A DNA stretch of 64,000 bases, taken from assembly GCA_011192015.1 (NCBI GenBank), contig DUET01000078.1, positions 14,854 to 78,853 of the forward strand, in the 5' to 3' direction. The notes under the pieces are model-generated. The model saw nothing but the letters and a program-made list of their open reading frames with translations. It searched no databases and was not told where the DNA came from. The position numbers were made by a program, and so were the translations under genes. This DNA is from Anaerolineae bacterium (GTDB lineage Bacteria > Chloroflexota > Anaerolineae > Anaerolineales > E44-bin32). Shown piece by piece: positions 44,780 to 55,994 of the stretch (its first letter is position 1; every line of letters starts with the position of its first letter).

Positions 44780-45829
44780 ATGCTTGATCTTCTTATCTTC
44801 ATCGCAGTTCTTGCTGCGCTCATTCTCGGCCATGAACTGGGTCACTTTCTTGTCGCCCGGTTATGCCGTGTTCCGATCGAGGAATTTGGAATCGGTTTTC
44901 CACCGCGTTTGTTCACGCTGTTCGAATCCGGAGGCACCAAGTTCACGTTCAATCTGATCCCCTTGGGCGGCTTCGTTCGCCCTCTCGGTGAAGACGACCC
45001 CGACGTTCCCGGTGGTTTGGCAAGCTCGCCTAAGCGCGTTCGTGCGGCGGTGCTGCTTGCAGGCCCGCTCGCCAATGTCATCCTTGCACTCGTGGCGCTC
45101 ATTGCCGCATTCAAGTTTGCAGCCCCTGATGTTGATCGCGTCCTTGTAACCATCGTTGAATCCAATACGCCTGCTGCTGAAGCCGGCATTCTTCCGGGCG
45201 ATCTGATCCTCAGTATCGAGGATGAAGCGGTCGTTGGCATTTCAGGCTTGCAGGAGGCGATCCTCTCCAACGCTGGCGAGGATACGGATTTCACGATCGA
45301 CCGCAATGGTCAAATCATGGATTTCACGATCACCCCCCGCACCGATCATCCCACCGACCAAGGTCCTATCGGCGTTGTGGTCGGAAACCCAACCATGGAA
45401 ACCACTTGGCCTCAAGCCGTATCTCTCGGTTGGGGCTCCCTGTGGGGACAATTCGACGAGATGTTTCATCTTCCAGGAAGATTGATCAGCGGTGAGGTCG
45501 CGCCTGAAGATGCGCGTGTCAGCGGTCTTAAAGGTATGTACGATATGCTCGCATGGGCGGGTACGATTGATCGTTCTGCACAACGCCCGTTCCTTACGTT
45601 GAATCTCATCGGCATCATCAGCGTTGGGCTCGCAATCGCAAATTTACTGCCTTTCCCCGCCCTGGACGGTGGGCGTTTGATCTTTGTGGGCATCGAAGCC
45701 GTCCTGGGGCGCCGCTTGTCGCCGCGCTACGAAGGCCTTGCACATGCCATCGGTTTCTTTATGCTTCTCGCTTTGATGGTGTATATCAATCTCCAGGATT
45801 TCATCAATCCCATCAATCTTCCGCGCTAA
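44780..45829 (+). CDS. rseP: Site-2 (M50) intramembrane metalloprotease RseP
   Basis: HELGHF, a PDZ segment, NLLPFPALDGG. Confidence 0.88.
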   Translation: MLDLLIFIAVLAALILGHELGHFLVARLCRVPIEEFGIGFPPRLFTLFESGGTKFTFNLIPLGGFVRPLGEDDPDVPGGLASSPKRVRAAVLLAGPLANVILALVALIAAFKFAAPDVDRVLVTIVESNTPAAEAGILPGDLILSIEDEAVVGISGLQEAILSNAGEDTDFTIDRNGQIMDFTITPRTDHPTDQGPIGVVVGNPTMETTWPQAVSLGWGSLWGQFDEMFHLPGRLISGEVAPEDARVSGLKGMYDMLAWAGTIDRSAQRPFLTLNLIGIISVGLAIANLLPFPALDGGRLIFVGIEAVLGRRLSPRYEGLAHAIGFFMLLALMVYINLQDFINPINLPR

Positions 45830-45847
45830 TGTCGTCTCGAGGCAGAT

Positions 45848-46789
45848 ATGTCCACGAAACTCCAACAATTGCTTTCCATTCTTCGCGACGACTCGCTTCC
45901 GCTACCGGTTTCCCGCCTCCCGGAACTTTCCGATCTGCCTCCTGCGCAATTAAAGTTGCTTCAAGACATCTGGGGGCATATACCCGCCTCCAGGAAGTAC
46001 TCGCTTCTGGTTGAATTGGGTCAGCTTGCGGATCTAAACTTCGAATACACCTTCGAAACCATCAACCGCTTTGCCCTGAATGATGAGGATATCGATGTAA
46101 GGCGTACTGCGATTGAGAATCTCTGGGAATGCGAAGACATCACCCTCGCTCCCGCTCTGCTACGGGTTCTGCAGGATGACAGTTCTTCGGATGTGCGTGC
46201 TGCTGCGGCCACCGCCCTGGGCCCGTTTCTTTACTTGTGCGAAGTTACCGGACGCTCTTCTTCCCTGCTGCGAGAGATCGAAGACGGGCTCCTTCATATC
46301 ACCGCCAAGGATCCAGAAGCCCATGTACGCATGAGCGCTCTGGCTGCTCTTGGATATTCTTCTCGACCCGAGATTCCTTCCCTGATTCATGAGGTATACG
46401 ATTTGGGAGATGATGTCAACAAAGGCACGGCTCTGGTTGCCATGGGTCGTTCAGCAAGCGAGGATTGGAGCGCCATCCTCCTTGCTGAGCTTCATAATCC
46501 ATCCCCTCGTCTGAGATCTCTGGCCGCGCAAGCCGTCGGTGAAATCGAGCTCCGGGCTTCCATTCCCGAACTCGTCCATCTGCTCGAAGACGTCGATCTG
46601 GACGTGCGTGTTTCCGCCATTTGGGCTCTTGGTCAAATTGGAGGCTCTCAAGCGATCAGACATCTCGAAGCCCTTCTTGAGAAAACGGACGATGAGGATG
46701 AGGCCGCCCTCATCGATGAAGCTCTCGATCATGCCATCTTCATGGACAGTATGCCCGATTTCTCCACGGACGCATCCAACTCAGACTGA
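45848..46789 (+). CDS. HEAT-repeat protein
   Basis: Repeated D-VR--A---LG units (DVRRTAIENL, DVRAAAATALG, VRMSALAALG, RLRSLAAQAVG, DVRVSAIWALG). Confidence 0.75.
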   Translation: MSTKLQQLLSILRDDSLPLPVSRLPELSDLPPAQLKLLQDIWGHIPASRKYSLLVELGQLADLNFEYTFETINRFALNDEDIDVRRTAIENLWECEDITLAPALLRVLQDDSSSDVRAAAATALGPFLYLCEVTGRSSSLLREIEDGLLHITAKDPEAHVRMSALAALGYSSRPEIPSLIHEVYDLGDDVNKGTALVAMGRSASEDWSAILLAELHNPSPRLRSLAAQAVGEIELRASIPELVHLLEDVDLDVRVSAIWALGQIGGSQAIRHLEALLEKTDDEDEAALIDEALDHAIFMDSMPDFSTDASNSD

Positions 46790-46801
46790 GGACACACACC
46801 A

Positions 46802-47713
46802 TTGAACTCACTTCTCACCCTCTTCGCTAACAACATCCTGCCCATCCTCATCGCCGCCGGCATCGGAGTGCTTCTTCAGCGCTTGCTTCACCCTGATCCC
46901 CGAAGCCTCTCCCGAACAACGATGTATGTCCTGACGCCGTGTTTGGTCTTCACACAACTCGTTTCATCCGATATCACGGTGATGGACATGATTCTCATGG
47001 TCGTCCTGGCATTTTCGCTGATGATCTTCATGGCCCTCATCGGCTTGGGTTTGAGCCGTCTGCTTCGCCTTCCTCCGAAGCTGACCTCGGCCTTCATCCT
47101 CACCATCGCCTTTATGAACGCCGGAAATTTCGGCCTTCCATTTTCCAACTACGTCCTCGGTAGTGAGGGCTTAGCCTGGGCTACGATCTTCTTTATTACC
47201 AGCTCGATGTCCATCAATTCCCTCGGGATCTACATTGCCTCAGCCGGCGCTTTCTCCCCGCGTGCCGCGCTTCGCAAGCTAATCAGCTTTCCTCCTCTCT
47301 ACGCGGTTCCAATTGCACTGCTTGTGCGGTCGTTCAACATCCCCATGCCCGATTTCATCTGGCTCCCGCTCGAGCTTCTCGGTCGTGCAGCAGTTCCCAT
47401 CATGCTTCTGCTCCTGGGCATGCAGATCGCGCATAATGGCTTTCCGAAACGCAAGGGGCTTGTGGCAATCTCGGCCTCTTTGAGGCTTCTGGTCTCCCCC
47501 CTGATTGCGTTTGGTCTCACGCTCATCCTGGGGCTTGAATCCGTCGCCCAACAAGCCGCGCTCATTGAATCCGCCATGCCTACGGCCGTATTCTCCTCTG
47601 TGCTCGCGCTTGAATTCGATGTTGAACCCGATTTCACAACGGGCAGTATTCTCGTCTCCACTCTTCTCAGCCCGCTAACTCTGACGCCCTTGATTGCACT
47701 TCTGCAGGCCTGA
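46802..47713 (+). CDS. AEC-family (auxin efflux carrier-like) membrane transporter
   Basis: About 10 TM helices in two halves, with the N-terminal ILPILIAAGIGVLL pattern typical of PF03547. TTG start. Confidence 0.7.
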   Translation: MNSLLTLFANNILPILIAAGIGVLLQRLLHPDPRSLSRTTMYVLTPCLVFTQLVSSDITVMDMILMVVLAFSLMIFMALIGLGLSRLLRLPPKLTSAFILTIAFMNAGNFGLPFSNYVLGSEGLAWATIFFITSSMSINSLGIYIASAGAFSPRAALRKLISFPPLYAVPIALLVRSFNIPMPDFIWLPLELLGRAAVPIMLLLLGMQIAHNGFPKRKGLVAISASLRLLVSPLIAFGLTLILGLESVAQQAALIESAMPTAVFSSVLALEFDVEPDFTTGSILVSTLLSPLTLTPLIALLQA

Positions 47714-47767
47714 TCCCTATCTTCGCTGTACCAAACTGCCCATGTTGTTGGATCCCATACAACGCGC

Positions 47768-47804
47768 AATCGGCCATGCGCTTCTCCTTTGACCATGGCC
47801 GATT
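47768..47804. terminator. 11-bp perfect inverted repeat between convergent genes
   Basis: AATCGGCCATG-15 nt-CATGGCCGATT, with T-rich sequence downstream on the + strand. Confidence 0.5.
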
Positions 47805-47838
47805 CCAATTCTATTGTCTCTTTATTTCACACCGTTGT

Positions 47839-49464
47839 TTAGAAGATCCTTTCTCCGATCACATCTGGAATGATTGCATTTCCATTCATCCTGCTTCTCC
47901 AGACAACCGACTCATAACCTCTTCCTGCCGACAGAGCAAACGAAAACGCGGCTCGAATTCCCTCGCTGCCTCTCATCATCGCATAGAAGTCCAAATATTC
48001 ATTCGCCTTTTGAAGGCTGCCGACATCCGAGGCAACGTTGCAGAATTCCGTCACCATCAGTGGCTTCTTTGGAAACCGCAATCGATAATCCTCATACGCT
48101 CGGCCGCCCTGCATGGACATCATGCTTTCCGTATCCATCCAGTGGCAGTTCACTCCGATCCAGTCCGCTTCCATGGCCGCGTTTTCGGCGCCTTCGAGGA
48201 ATTCGATTGCGCCCATTCGATGACCTGTCAGCCTCCCGCCTGGTGACAAACCCGGGAATCCAAAACCAGCGTCCGGATACAACGCTCTCAGTTTGGTAAT
48301 CACCGTCAGAAACCAATCTCCGAACGCCTTCCCATCACTCCAGCCTTGCGCCCATCCTTTGGAAAACAGATTCGGTTTGCTATGCACCTCGAATTCCATG
48401 ACGCCCGATCGATAGAGCCTGCCCACATCGATTTCGATCCTGCTCAAGAATGATGCTGCATGCCAGTCATCGATTCCGTTACTTCCTTGGATGCGCGCCA
48501 CCAGCAGCATGTCAGGATGGACGCTCTTCAGTCTATCAATACTTTCCTTGTCCTCATGAAGCGATATCTTCACGGCCTCCATCCTCGCCTTTTCAATGGC
48601 CTTGAAATCCTCCTCCATCAGCGAGCCATCGATCCTTCCATGCACACCGATCAAACACTTTTCCGCATCTCTGGGTATGGATTTCACAACCTTTGGATCT
48701 GCATCGTCCGGCCATACCAGAAACGGTGTTGGGTCGATCACGTCATTGGGGTAATCGGTTTCCCCGCATTCGGTCGCGCCATCCTTTTGAAGTGTCAGAT
48801 GCAGATGATTCCCGCATGAGGCTCCCGTAGTGTCCGCCAATCCGATGACATCCCCGGCTCCAACCGCCTGTCCTTGCGAGACCAAGGCCTGCATCAAGTG
48901 TGCATAGATTGTGGCATATCCGCCCTCGTGTCCGACTCGAACATGAACTCCGTAGTCATGATCGGTTGGATTTTCATGCACTTCCAGCACATGGCCGTCC
49001 GCACAACAGAATACCTTGCTTCCCATCAAGGCTCGGAAATCCACTCCATCATGCCCCGGCAGACCCTGCTCCCCATAGATCAACGGATTCGACCCAAAGG
49101 ATTGGGTGATCATCGGGAATTCCGTCGGCCAGACAAGTCTGAGTTCGATTTCCTCGACACCATATCGATTCGATGTCTCCAAGCGATACTGAAGGATTTG
49201 TCTCAATTCGCCCGGAGTAAGCGCCTGGATCGGATCCAGCTTCACGTTGGCATGATGGTTTTGGAACCACAGTTGGATATCTCCCTGCTCGGGAAACTCG
49301 TTTCCACCCGTGATCAGGGTTACCGTTTGCCTGGGGCTCATATGCCGGGCTGCAGCTTCGGGATCGTGAGTCATGACGGCCCCAAAGGTCATGACATATT
49401 CCTTGCATGCCCTCACCCAGGACCAATAATCCTTCTGCGGAAGCAGGATGATCTGCTTTTCCAC
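47839..49464 (-). CDS. M23 (LytM-type) peptidase fused to a C-terminal TIM-barrel glycosidase-like domain; no signal peptide
   Basis: M23 motifs HDGVDF and CGNHLHLTL. GTG 49464 lies 7 nt after GGAGG. The track ORF start (49563) lies on top of the sigma-54 promoter. Confidence 0.8.
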   Translation of the reverse strand: MEKQIILLPQKDYWSWVRACKEYVMTFGAVMTHDPEAAARHMSPRQTVTLITGGNEFPEQGDIQLWFQNHHANVKLDPIQALTPGELRQILQYRLETSNRYGVEEIELRLVWPTEFPMITQSFGSNPLIYGEQGLPGHDGVDFRALMGSKVFCCADGHVLEVHENPTDHDYGVHVRVGHEGGYATIYAHLMQALVSQGQAVGAGDVIGLADTTGASCGNHLHLTLQKDGATECGETDYPNDVIDPTPFLVWPDDADPKVVKSIPRDAEKCLIGVHGRIDGSLMEEDFKAIEKARMEAVKISLHEDKESIDRLKSVHPDMLLVARIQGSNGIDDWHAASFLSRIEIDVGRLYRSGVMEFEVHSKPNLFSKGWAQGWSDGKAFGDWFLTVITKLRALYPDAGFGFPGLSPGGRLTGHRMGAIEFLEGAENAAMEADWIGVNCHWMDTESMMSMQGGRAYEDYRLRFPKKPLMVTEFCNVASDVGSLQKANEYLDFYAMMRGSEGIRAAFSFALSAGRGYESVVWRSRMNGNAIIPDVIGERIF

Positions 49465-49544
49465 TTCTTTACCTCCACGGTGCGTTACTCGACTTGAACG
49501 AGATCGTCTTTTCCTCCCAAGTTCCGATCCTGCTTTGTCTCTGT

Positions 49545-49560
49545 TGCAGGGAATGTGCCA
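49545..49560 (-). promoter_or_regulatory. Sigma-54 (-24/-12) promoter
   Basis: The minus strand reads TGGCACATTCCCTGCA, with correct GG-N10-GC spacing and 14/16 identity to the promoter at 4678-4693. It is about 80 nt upstream of GTG 49464. Confidence 0.7.
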
Positions 49561-49589
49561 CATTCCTCCGCTGATTTCTTTCCTCAGGA

Positions 49590-49622
49590 TGGAAAAACGC
49601 CTGCCTATTTTTCTACAGGCGT
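49590..49622 (-). terminator. Rho-independent terminator of radC
   Basis: The minus strand reads ACGCCTG-12 nt-CAGGCGT followed by TTTTTCC. Confidence 0.7.
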
Positions 49623-49670
49623 CTCTCGCTTCGCCGTGTTGATTCTGTTGTTTTAATCATGCATTCAATC

Positions 49671-50372
49671 TCACTCGAATCCCAATCCCCTTGTTTTCAA
49701 AGAAACGAAGCGCGCTTTGCCGATCACCAGATGGTCCAGCACCTCGATGTCCAGCAGTTTTCCGGCATCCACGATCGATCGTGTCAGAGCTACATCTTCT
49801 GGACTGGGCGTAGGGTCTCCGGAGTGGTGATTGTGGGCCACAATCACGGCCGCGGCGTTGCTTCGCACCGCCTCGCGCAGGACCTCGCCAATGCGCACGA
49901 GCGAGCTGTTCAGCGATCCGTGGTAAACCTCCACAATGCGCATCAAGCGATTGCGTGTATCAAGCAGCAGCACACGCAGATGCTCCTGCTCCAGCGCGCC
50001 CATCTCGTAGAGCAACAGACTCGCAGCATCCTCTGGAGATTGGATGATCGGCTGTTCGTCCGGCGTAGCTATGGCGAAACGGTTCCCCAATTCGATCGCT
50101 GCTTTGAGTTGTGAGGCTTTAGCCGGACCGATTCCCCTGAATGCGCAGATTTCCTCATAGCTGGCCCTGTGAAGCCCTGTCAAGCCTCCGAATTGCAGGA
50201 TCAGTGTTTGGGCCATCTGCAAGGCGTTTTTTCCTTCGATTCCCGATCGAAGCAGAATGGCAATCAATTCTGCATTCGAAAGCGCTGTCGCTCCGTGCAT
50301 CGCCAGACGTTCCCGTGGGCGATCGGCGCTTGCAAGATCCGTGATCCTATAGCTCGTGTGTCGATCCCCCAT
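49671..50372 (-). CDS. radC: RadC-family JAB/MPN domain protein
   Basis: N-terminal RPRERL...[18 protein letters not shown]-like [15 protein letters not shown]. Confidence 0.88.
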   Translation of the reverse strand: MGDRHTSYRITDLASADRPRERLAMHGATALSNAELIAILLRSGIEGKNALQMAQTLILQFGGLTGLHRASYEEICAFRGIGPAKASQLKAAIELGNRFAIATPDEQPIIQSPEDAASLLLYEMGALEQEHLRVLLLDTRNRLMRIVEVYHGSLNSSLVRIGEVLREAVRSNAAAVIVAHNHHSGDPTPSPEDVALTRSIVDAGKLLDIEVLDHLVIGKARFVSLKTRGLGFE

Positions 50373-50459
50373 GGCAAACTCCCTTCTCCACTCCCCCTAT
50401 CCAAAATCGGCTTCCTGAGAATAGTCGATCACGGTACGGAAGTTGCAGCCTTGCGATCA

Positions 50460-50468
50460 TGCTATAAT
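50460..50468 (+). promoter_or_regulatory. Extended -10 promoter TGCTATAAT
   Basis: The exact 9-mer is 20 nt upstream of ATG 50489, with GGGAG in between. Confidence 0.5.
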
Positions 50469-50488
50469 GACGCCCTCGGGAGATCGCA

Positions 50489-50980
50489 ATGTCCGCAAGC
50501 ACTCAACCCCTCCAACTTGATGCCGCGCTCCTGTACCTGACCGCATTTTCGGCTGCGTTTCTGACTGCATTGTGGCTCAGTCTTGTGTTTTGGGCCTATC
50601 GCGACATCCGTTCACGCGCTCAGGACCGTCTTCTTCATATCCTGGCCGCTGCCATCGTGCTCCTGCTCGGACCGGCAGGTCTGGTGATCTACCTCATCCT
50701 TCGTCCACGACGAACGCTCGATGAGGTCTATCAAAACACGCTTGAAGAGGAAGCTCTGCTGACCGAAATCGAGGAAAGCCCTACCTGTCCTGGTTGTGGT
50801 GCTCGATCCCAACATGATTGGCAAATCTGCCCACAGTGTCACACCAGGCTTCGCAAACCCTGCATCTCCTGCGGCAGTTTGATGGATCTCCATTGGAAGA
50901 TCTGCCCCTACTGCGCCATTCCCGCACCGGGCATGCACACCGTCAATGAAAATTCCACTCCGGATCTTCCCGCAGGCTAG
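50489..50980 (+). CDS. Membrane protein with PLDc_N-like TM pair and C-terminal double zinc ribbon
   Basis: Two TM helices, then CPGCG...CPQC...CISCG...CPYC. Confidence 0.7.
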   Translation: MSASTQPLQLDAALLYLTAFSAAFLTALWLSLVFWAYRDIRSRAQDRLLHILAAAIVLLLGPAGLVIYLILRPRRTLDEVYQNTLEEEALLTEIEESPTCPGCGARSQHDWQICPQCHTRLRKPCISCGSLMDLHWKICPYCAIPAPGMHTVNENSTPDLPAG

Positions 50981-51014
50981 ATGCTGCTCATCCGATCACC
51001 ATCATATTCACGGA

Positions 51015-52412
<1,398 letters not shown>

Positions 52413-52452
52413 TCAACGCGAACTCAATCGCCCCATGTTAGAATATTCCCCC

Positions 52453-53625
52453 ATGTCTTCCGAGCGCATCTACCTGGATTACGCCGCCACAACACCCGTG
52501 GATCCCCGCGTCCTTGAGGCCATGCAGCCCTATTTCATGCAGCATTTCGGCAACCCTTCTTCCCATCATGGTTGGGGTCTGCACGCCCAACAAGCGATAG
52601 ATTCCTCCCGGCAACAAGTTGCCGAGTCTTTGAACTGCGCTCCGGAAGAGATCATCTTTACCGCTTGCGGCTCGGAGAGCGATAACTTGGCTCTGCGCGG
52701 CGCAGCCTTTGCAGCTCGCCAGGAGCGTGATGCCAACCGCATTCTCACCAGCCCCGTGGAGCATCCAGCGATCCTCAACACCGCCAAACAACTGGAATCG
52801 ATTCACGATTTCCAACTCGAACTGCTTCCCATCGACCGGTTCGGACTCGTCGACCCCCAAATCCTTGCAGACCGCATCAGCCCCGATGTGGCCGCCGTCT
52901 CCATCATCTATGCCAACAACGAGATCGGCAGCATCCATCCCATCTCCGAACTATCTCAAATCTGCCGTGAACATCAGGTTCCCCTTCACACGGATGCTGT
53001 GCAAGCCGCCAGCCAACTCCCCATTGACGTTGAAAGCCTGGGTGTGGATCTGATGTCTCTTGGATCGCATAAGTTCTACGGGCCCAAAGGGATTGGGGCG
53101 CTCTACATCCGTTCGGGCATAAGTCTCGTTCCTGCCCTGACGGGTGGTGGTCAGGAGTATGGTCTACGCTCTGGAACCCACAACACACCGCTGATCGTCG
53201 GCTTTTCGGAAGCTTTACGTATCACCCTCGCTGAGCGCCAGGAGCACAACCGGCACTTCCTTCAACTTCGAGAGCACCTGATCTCTCAGGTCATCGATTC
53301 AATTCCTGATGTCCTGCTTACGGGGCATCCCGACCATCGGCTCCCTAACCATGCATCTTTCGTTTTCCGTCACATTCAAGGTCATCAACTCGTGGAGGTT
53401 TTGGATCGTGAAGGTTTTGGCTGCTCCTCCGGCTCCGCATGCAAGACCGGAGATCCGGAGCCATCTTTCGTAATCCAGGCTCTCGGCATCGATCCTTCCT
53501 TCGCGCTCGGATCGCTGCGCATCACGCTCGGTCGCCATACTCGAATGGATCACATTGACGCCCTGCTCAAGGTTCTCCCCACCGTCATTCAGGATTTACG
53601 CTCCTCCAAGCATGGTAACCCTTGA
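52453..53625 (+). CDS. iscS: Cysteine desulfurase (IscS/NifS family)
   Basis: IYLDYAATTP, PLP lysine SLGSHKFYGPKG, active-site SSGSAC. TAGAAT ends 8 nt before ATG 52453. Confidence 0.9.
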   Translation: MSSERIYLDYAATTPVDPRVLEAMQPYFMQHFGNPSSHHGWGLHAQQAIDSSRQQVAESLNCAPEEIIFTACGSESDNLALRGAAFAARQERDANRILTSPVEHPAILNTAKQLESIHDFQLELLPIDRFGLVDPQILADRISPDVAAVSIIYANNEIGSIHPISELSQICREHQVPLHTDAVQAASQLPIDVESLGVDLMSLGSHKFYGPKGIGALYIRSGISLVPALTGGGQEYGLRSGTHNTPLIVGFSEALRITLAERQEHNRHFLQLREHLISQVIDSIPDVLLTGHPDHRLPNHASFVFRHIQGHQLVEVLDREGFGCSSGSACKTGDPEPSFVIQALGIDPSFALGSLRITLGRHTRMDHIDALLKVLPTVIQDLRSSKHGNP

Positions 53626-54689
53626 TGAAGCCACAGCGCATTGCCGTTGCCATGAGCGGCGGTGTGGACAGCTCCGTTGCGGCCGCCCTGCTCGTCGATC
53701 AAGGGTATGACGTGTTTGGCTTGATGATGCGCCTTTGGAGTGCAGATCCCGATGGCGCCAACCGTTGCTGCTCCCCACAGGATGTCGCCAACGCGCGGCA
53801 GGTTGCTGAACGATTGTCCATAATGTTTCATGAGTTGGATTGTCAAGATTCCTTCAAAAGGGTTGTTGTGGATGCGTTTATCGATGGCTATGCGAAAGGA
53901 ATCACCCCAAATCCATGCATCGAGTGCAACCGTTCGATTCGTTGGGGTCTACTGCTGGATCACGCTCGGCAAATGGGCGCTACACACATGGCGACTGGTC
54001 ATTATGCCCAGATCGTCCGACGCTCCGGTCGCTATCGTCTCCTGCGCGCGACCGATCGTTCCAAAGACCAGAGTTATGTCTTGCACATGCTGGATCAAAC
54101 TGCGCTCTCACAAACCCTCTTCCCTCTCGGCGTCCACACAAAAGAAGAGGTCCGCGCTATGGCCCGTCATTTCGATCTCCCCGTTGCCGACCGCCCCGAC
54201 AGCCAGGATCTCTGCTTCGTTACCGATGATGACTACCGCAGCTTCCTGCGAAGTCAGCAAGTAGTTCTTCCGCCTCCTGGCCCAATCGTGGATCTTCGTG
54301 GCAAAGTTCTTGGTCGGCACGAAGGCCTTGCGGAGTTCACGATCGGCCAACGAAAGGGGCTCCGTATTGCATCTTCCAAACCACTCTATGTGCTTGTGAA
54401 GGACCTGCCTCGTAATCGTCTCATCGTAGGTTCACGTCAGGATCTGGAACGATCCGAGTTCACCGTTCACCGTCTTTCCTGGGTCATTGGTCGAGCGCCT
54501 TCCCGCCGCAAGATACTTCTCGTTCGAGTGCGATATCATGCAGAGGAAACTCCTGCGCGCGTCCTGCCCTTGACACAGACAAGCGCACGTGTGATCCTCG
54601 AAGCACCTCTCACCGATATCACACCCGGCCAGGCAGCCGTTTTCTACCTCGATGAGGAATGCCTCGGCGGAGGGATCATCCAATCATGA
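53622..54689 (+). CDS. mnmA: tRNA 2-thiouridine(34) synthase
   Basis: PP-loop AMSGGVDSSV, CIECN. ATGA overlap with iscS. Confidence 0.93.
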   Translation: MMKPQRIAVAMSGGVDSSVAAALLVDQGYDVFGLMMRLWSADPDGANRCCSPQDVANARQVAERLSIMFHELDCQDSFKRVVVDAFIDGYAKGITPNPCIECNRSIRWGLLLDHARQMGATHMATGHYAQIVRRSGRYRLLRATDRSKDQSYVLHMLDQTALSQTLFPLGVHTKEEVRAMARHFDLPVADRPDSQDLCFVTDDDYRSFLRSQQVVLPPPGPIVDLRGKVLGRHEGLAEFTIGQRKGLRIASSKPLYVLVKDLPRNRLIVGSRQDLERSEFTVHRLSWVIGRAPSRRKILLVRVRYHAEETPARVLPLTQTSARVILEAPLTDITPGQAAVFYLDEECLGGGIIQS

Positions 54690-54997
54690 CCCTACACGGC
54701 GCGCTTATCTCCTTCGTCATCGCTTCCGCCATAGGATTGAGCTATCATCTTCTACGCGGGGGTGGCTTCAGACGCCTTCTTCTCTATCTCATCGTCTCAT
54801 GGATTGCATTCTTCGCAGGACATGGTATGGGGAGTCTGATGCAGTGGGATTCGCTCCGCCTGGGCAGCTTGAATCTCCTTCCTGCTGCCTTGATGGCAGT
54901 TGTCTCCCTGGTCCTTGCTGAGATCTTGGCCGGCCCTCGACCGCAAGCACGCCGTTCACCGCGCAAGCCCCGACCTCCCAAGGACGACGAGTTGTAG
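54686..54997 (+). CDS. Small 3-TM membrane protein with basic Pro-rich tail
   Basis: ATGA overlap with the mnmA stop. Hydrophobic MTLHGALISFVIASAIGL... Confidence 0.55.
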   Translation: MTLHGALISFVIASAIGLSYHLLRGGGFRRLLLYLIVSWIAFFAGHGMGSLMQWDSLRLGSLNLLPAALMAVVSLVLAEILAGPRPQARRSPRKPRPPKDDEL

Positions 54998-55007
54998 ATC
55001 ATCTCTG

Positions 55008-55016
55008 TGCTATAAT
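55008..55016 (+). promoter_or_regulatory. Extended -10 promoter TGCTATAAT (near-leaderless)
   Basis: The exact 9-mer ends 9 nt before ATG 55026. Confidence 0.5.
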
Positions 55017-55025
55017 GATTCAATC

Positions 55026-55475
55026 ATGGAAGACACCCAATCTGTGAGCCACTCGGTTCAGGATCCTATTCCAGAACAATACCCAGCCATCTGGAAACAA
55101 CGGCTGGCGATTGCCGGCGTATCCCTGTTGGTTTTACTCATCTTGGCAGCCATCGTCCTTGCCATCGTATCGATGGTCAAATCACCTCAACAAACACAAA
55201 CCATCCGCGATATCGTCATCATCTTCATGGCGGTTGAGGCTCTGATCGTCGGCATGGCATTGATCGTACTCATCATTCAGCTCGCCCGGCTCACGGCCCT
55301 TATTCAGAATGAAGTTCGTCCCATTCTGGACGCGACCAATCAGACCTTGAGTACGCTGCGTGGAACGACGACTTTTCTGAGTGACAATATCGCCAACCCC
55401 GTCGTCAAACTGAACAGCTCCGTTGCAGCGCTCATGCGCTTCGTCGAATTGATTGGTTTGCGTCGATCGGAATAA
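55026..55475 (+). CDS. DUF948-like membrane-anchored coiled-coil protein
   Basis: TM helices followed by RPILDATNQTLSTLRGTTTFLSDNIANPV. It has the usual pairing with a YtxH gene downstream. Confidence 0.6.
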   Translation: MEDTQSVSHSVQDPIPEQYPAIWKQRLAIAGVSLLVLLILAAIVLAIVSMVKSPQQTQTIRDIVIIFMAVEALIVGMALIVLIIQLARLTALIQNEVRPILDATNQTLSTLRGTTTFLSDNIANPVVKLNSSVAALMRFVELIGLRRSE

Positions 55476-55512
55476 CCAGTAAAGTCTCTAGCCGCATGGA
55501 GGAGATTTCGAA

Positions 55513-55881
55513 ATGGCAGATCGCAATGGAAGTGATTTTGGTGCATTTGTCTCCGGTTTGATCATCGGTGGGCTTGTCGGCGCAGCTACCGCTCTCCTGC
55601 TGGCCCCACAATCCGGTGAGGAGACGAGAACCCTGATCCGCGAAAAGAGCATCGAGCTCAAGGATCAGGTGGAGCATACGACCGCGGAAGCTCGTGCCAG
55701 GGCAGAACGCTTGGCCCAGGAAGCGAAGTTGAAAGCAGAGGAACTTCAAAAGCGTGGCCAGGTCATCCTTGAAGAGCAGAAGGCTCGTATCGAGAAGGCC
55801 GTAGACACAACCAAGAAGCGCACAACACGCAAAACCACAAAGAAGGCCAAGCCTGCAAGCGACGAAGCAGCTGCCACCTAA
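55513..55881 (+). CDS. YtxH-domain protein
   Basis: GAFVSGLIIGGLVGAATALLLAPQSGEETR followed by a charged helical tail. Confidence 0.75.
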   Translation: MADRNGSDFGAFVSGLIIGGLVGAATALLLAPQSGEETRTLIREKSIELKDQVEHTTAEARARAERLAQEAKLKAEELQKRGQVILEEQKARIEKAVDTTKKRTTRKTTKKAKPASDEAAAT

Positions 55882-55959
55882 AATCGCTTCGCTCACTCTT
55901 GCCCTTCAACGGATCCCTTCATCGGACCGCAGCGTGCATATTGCACGCGGCTCCGCTCC

Positions 55960-55994
55960 GGGGCTGCCCCTATTGTGGCAGCTCCATTTTCTTT
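55960..55994 (+). terminator. Rho-independent terminator
   Basis: GGGGCTGCC-8 nt-GGCAGCTCC followed by ATTTTCTTT. Confidence 0.7.

Noticed and set aside
49465-49563. N-terminal 33-codon extension of the M23 ORF (MWHIPCNRDK…).
   Set aside because: Its ATG lies inside the TGGCAC -24 element. GGAGG-7 nt-GTG at 49464 is a far better start.
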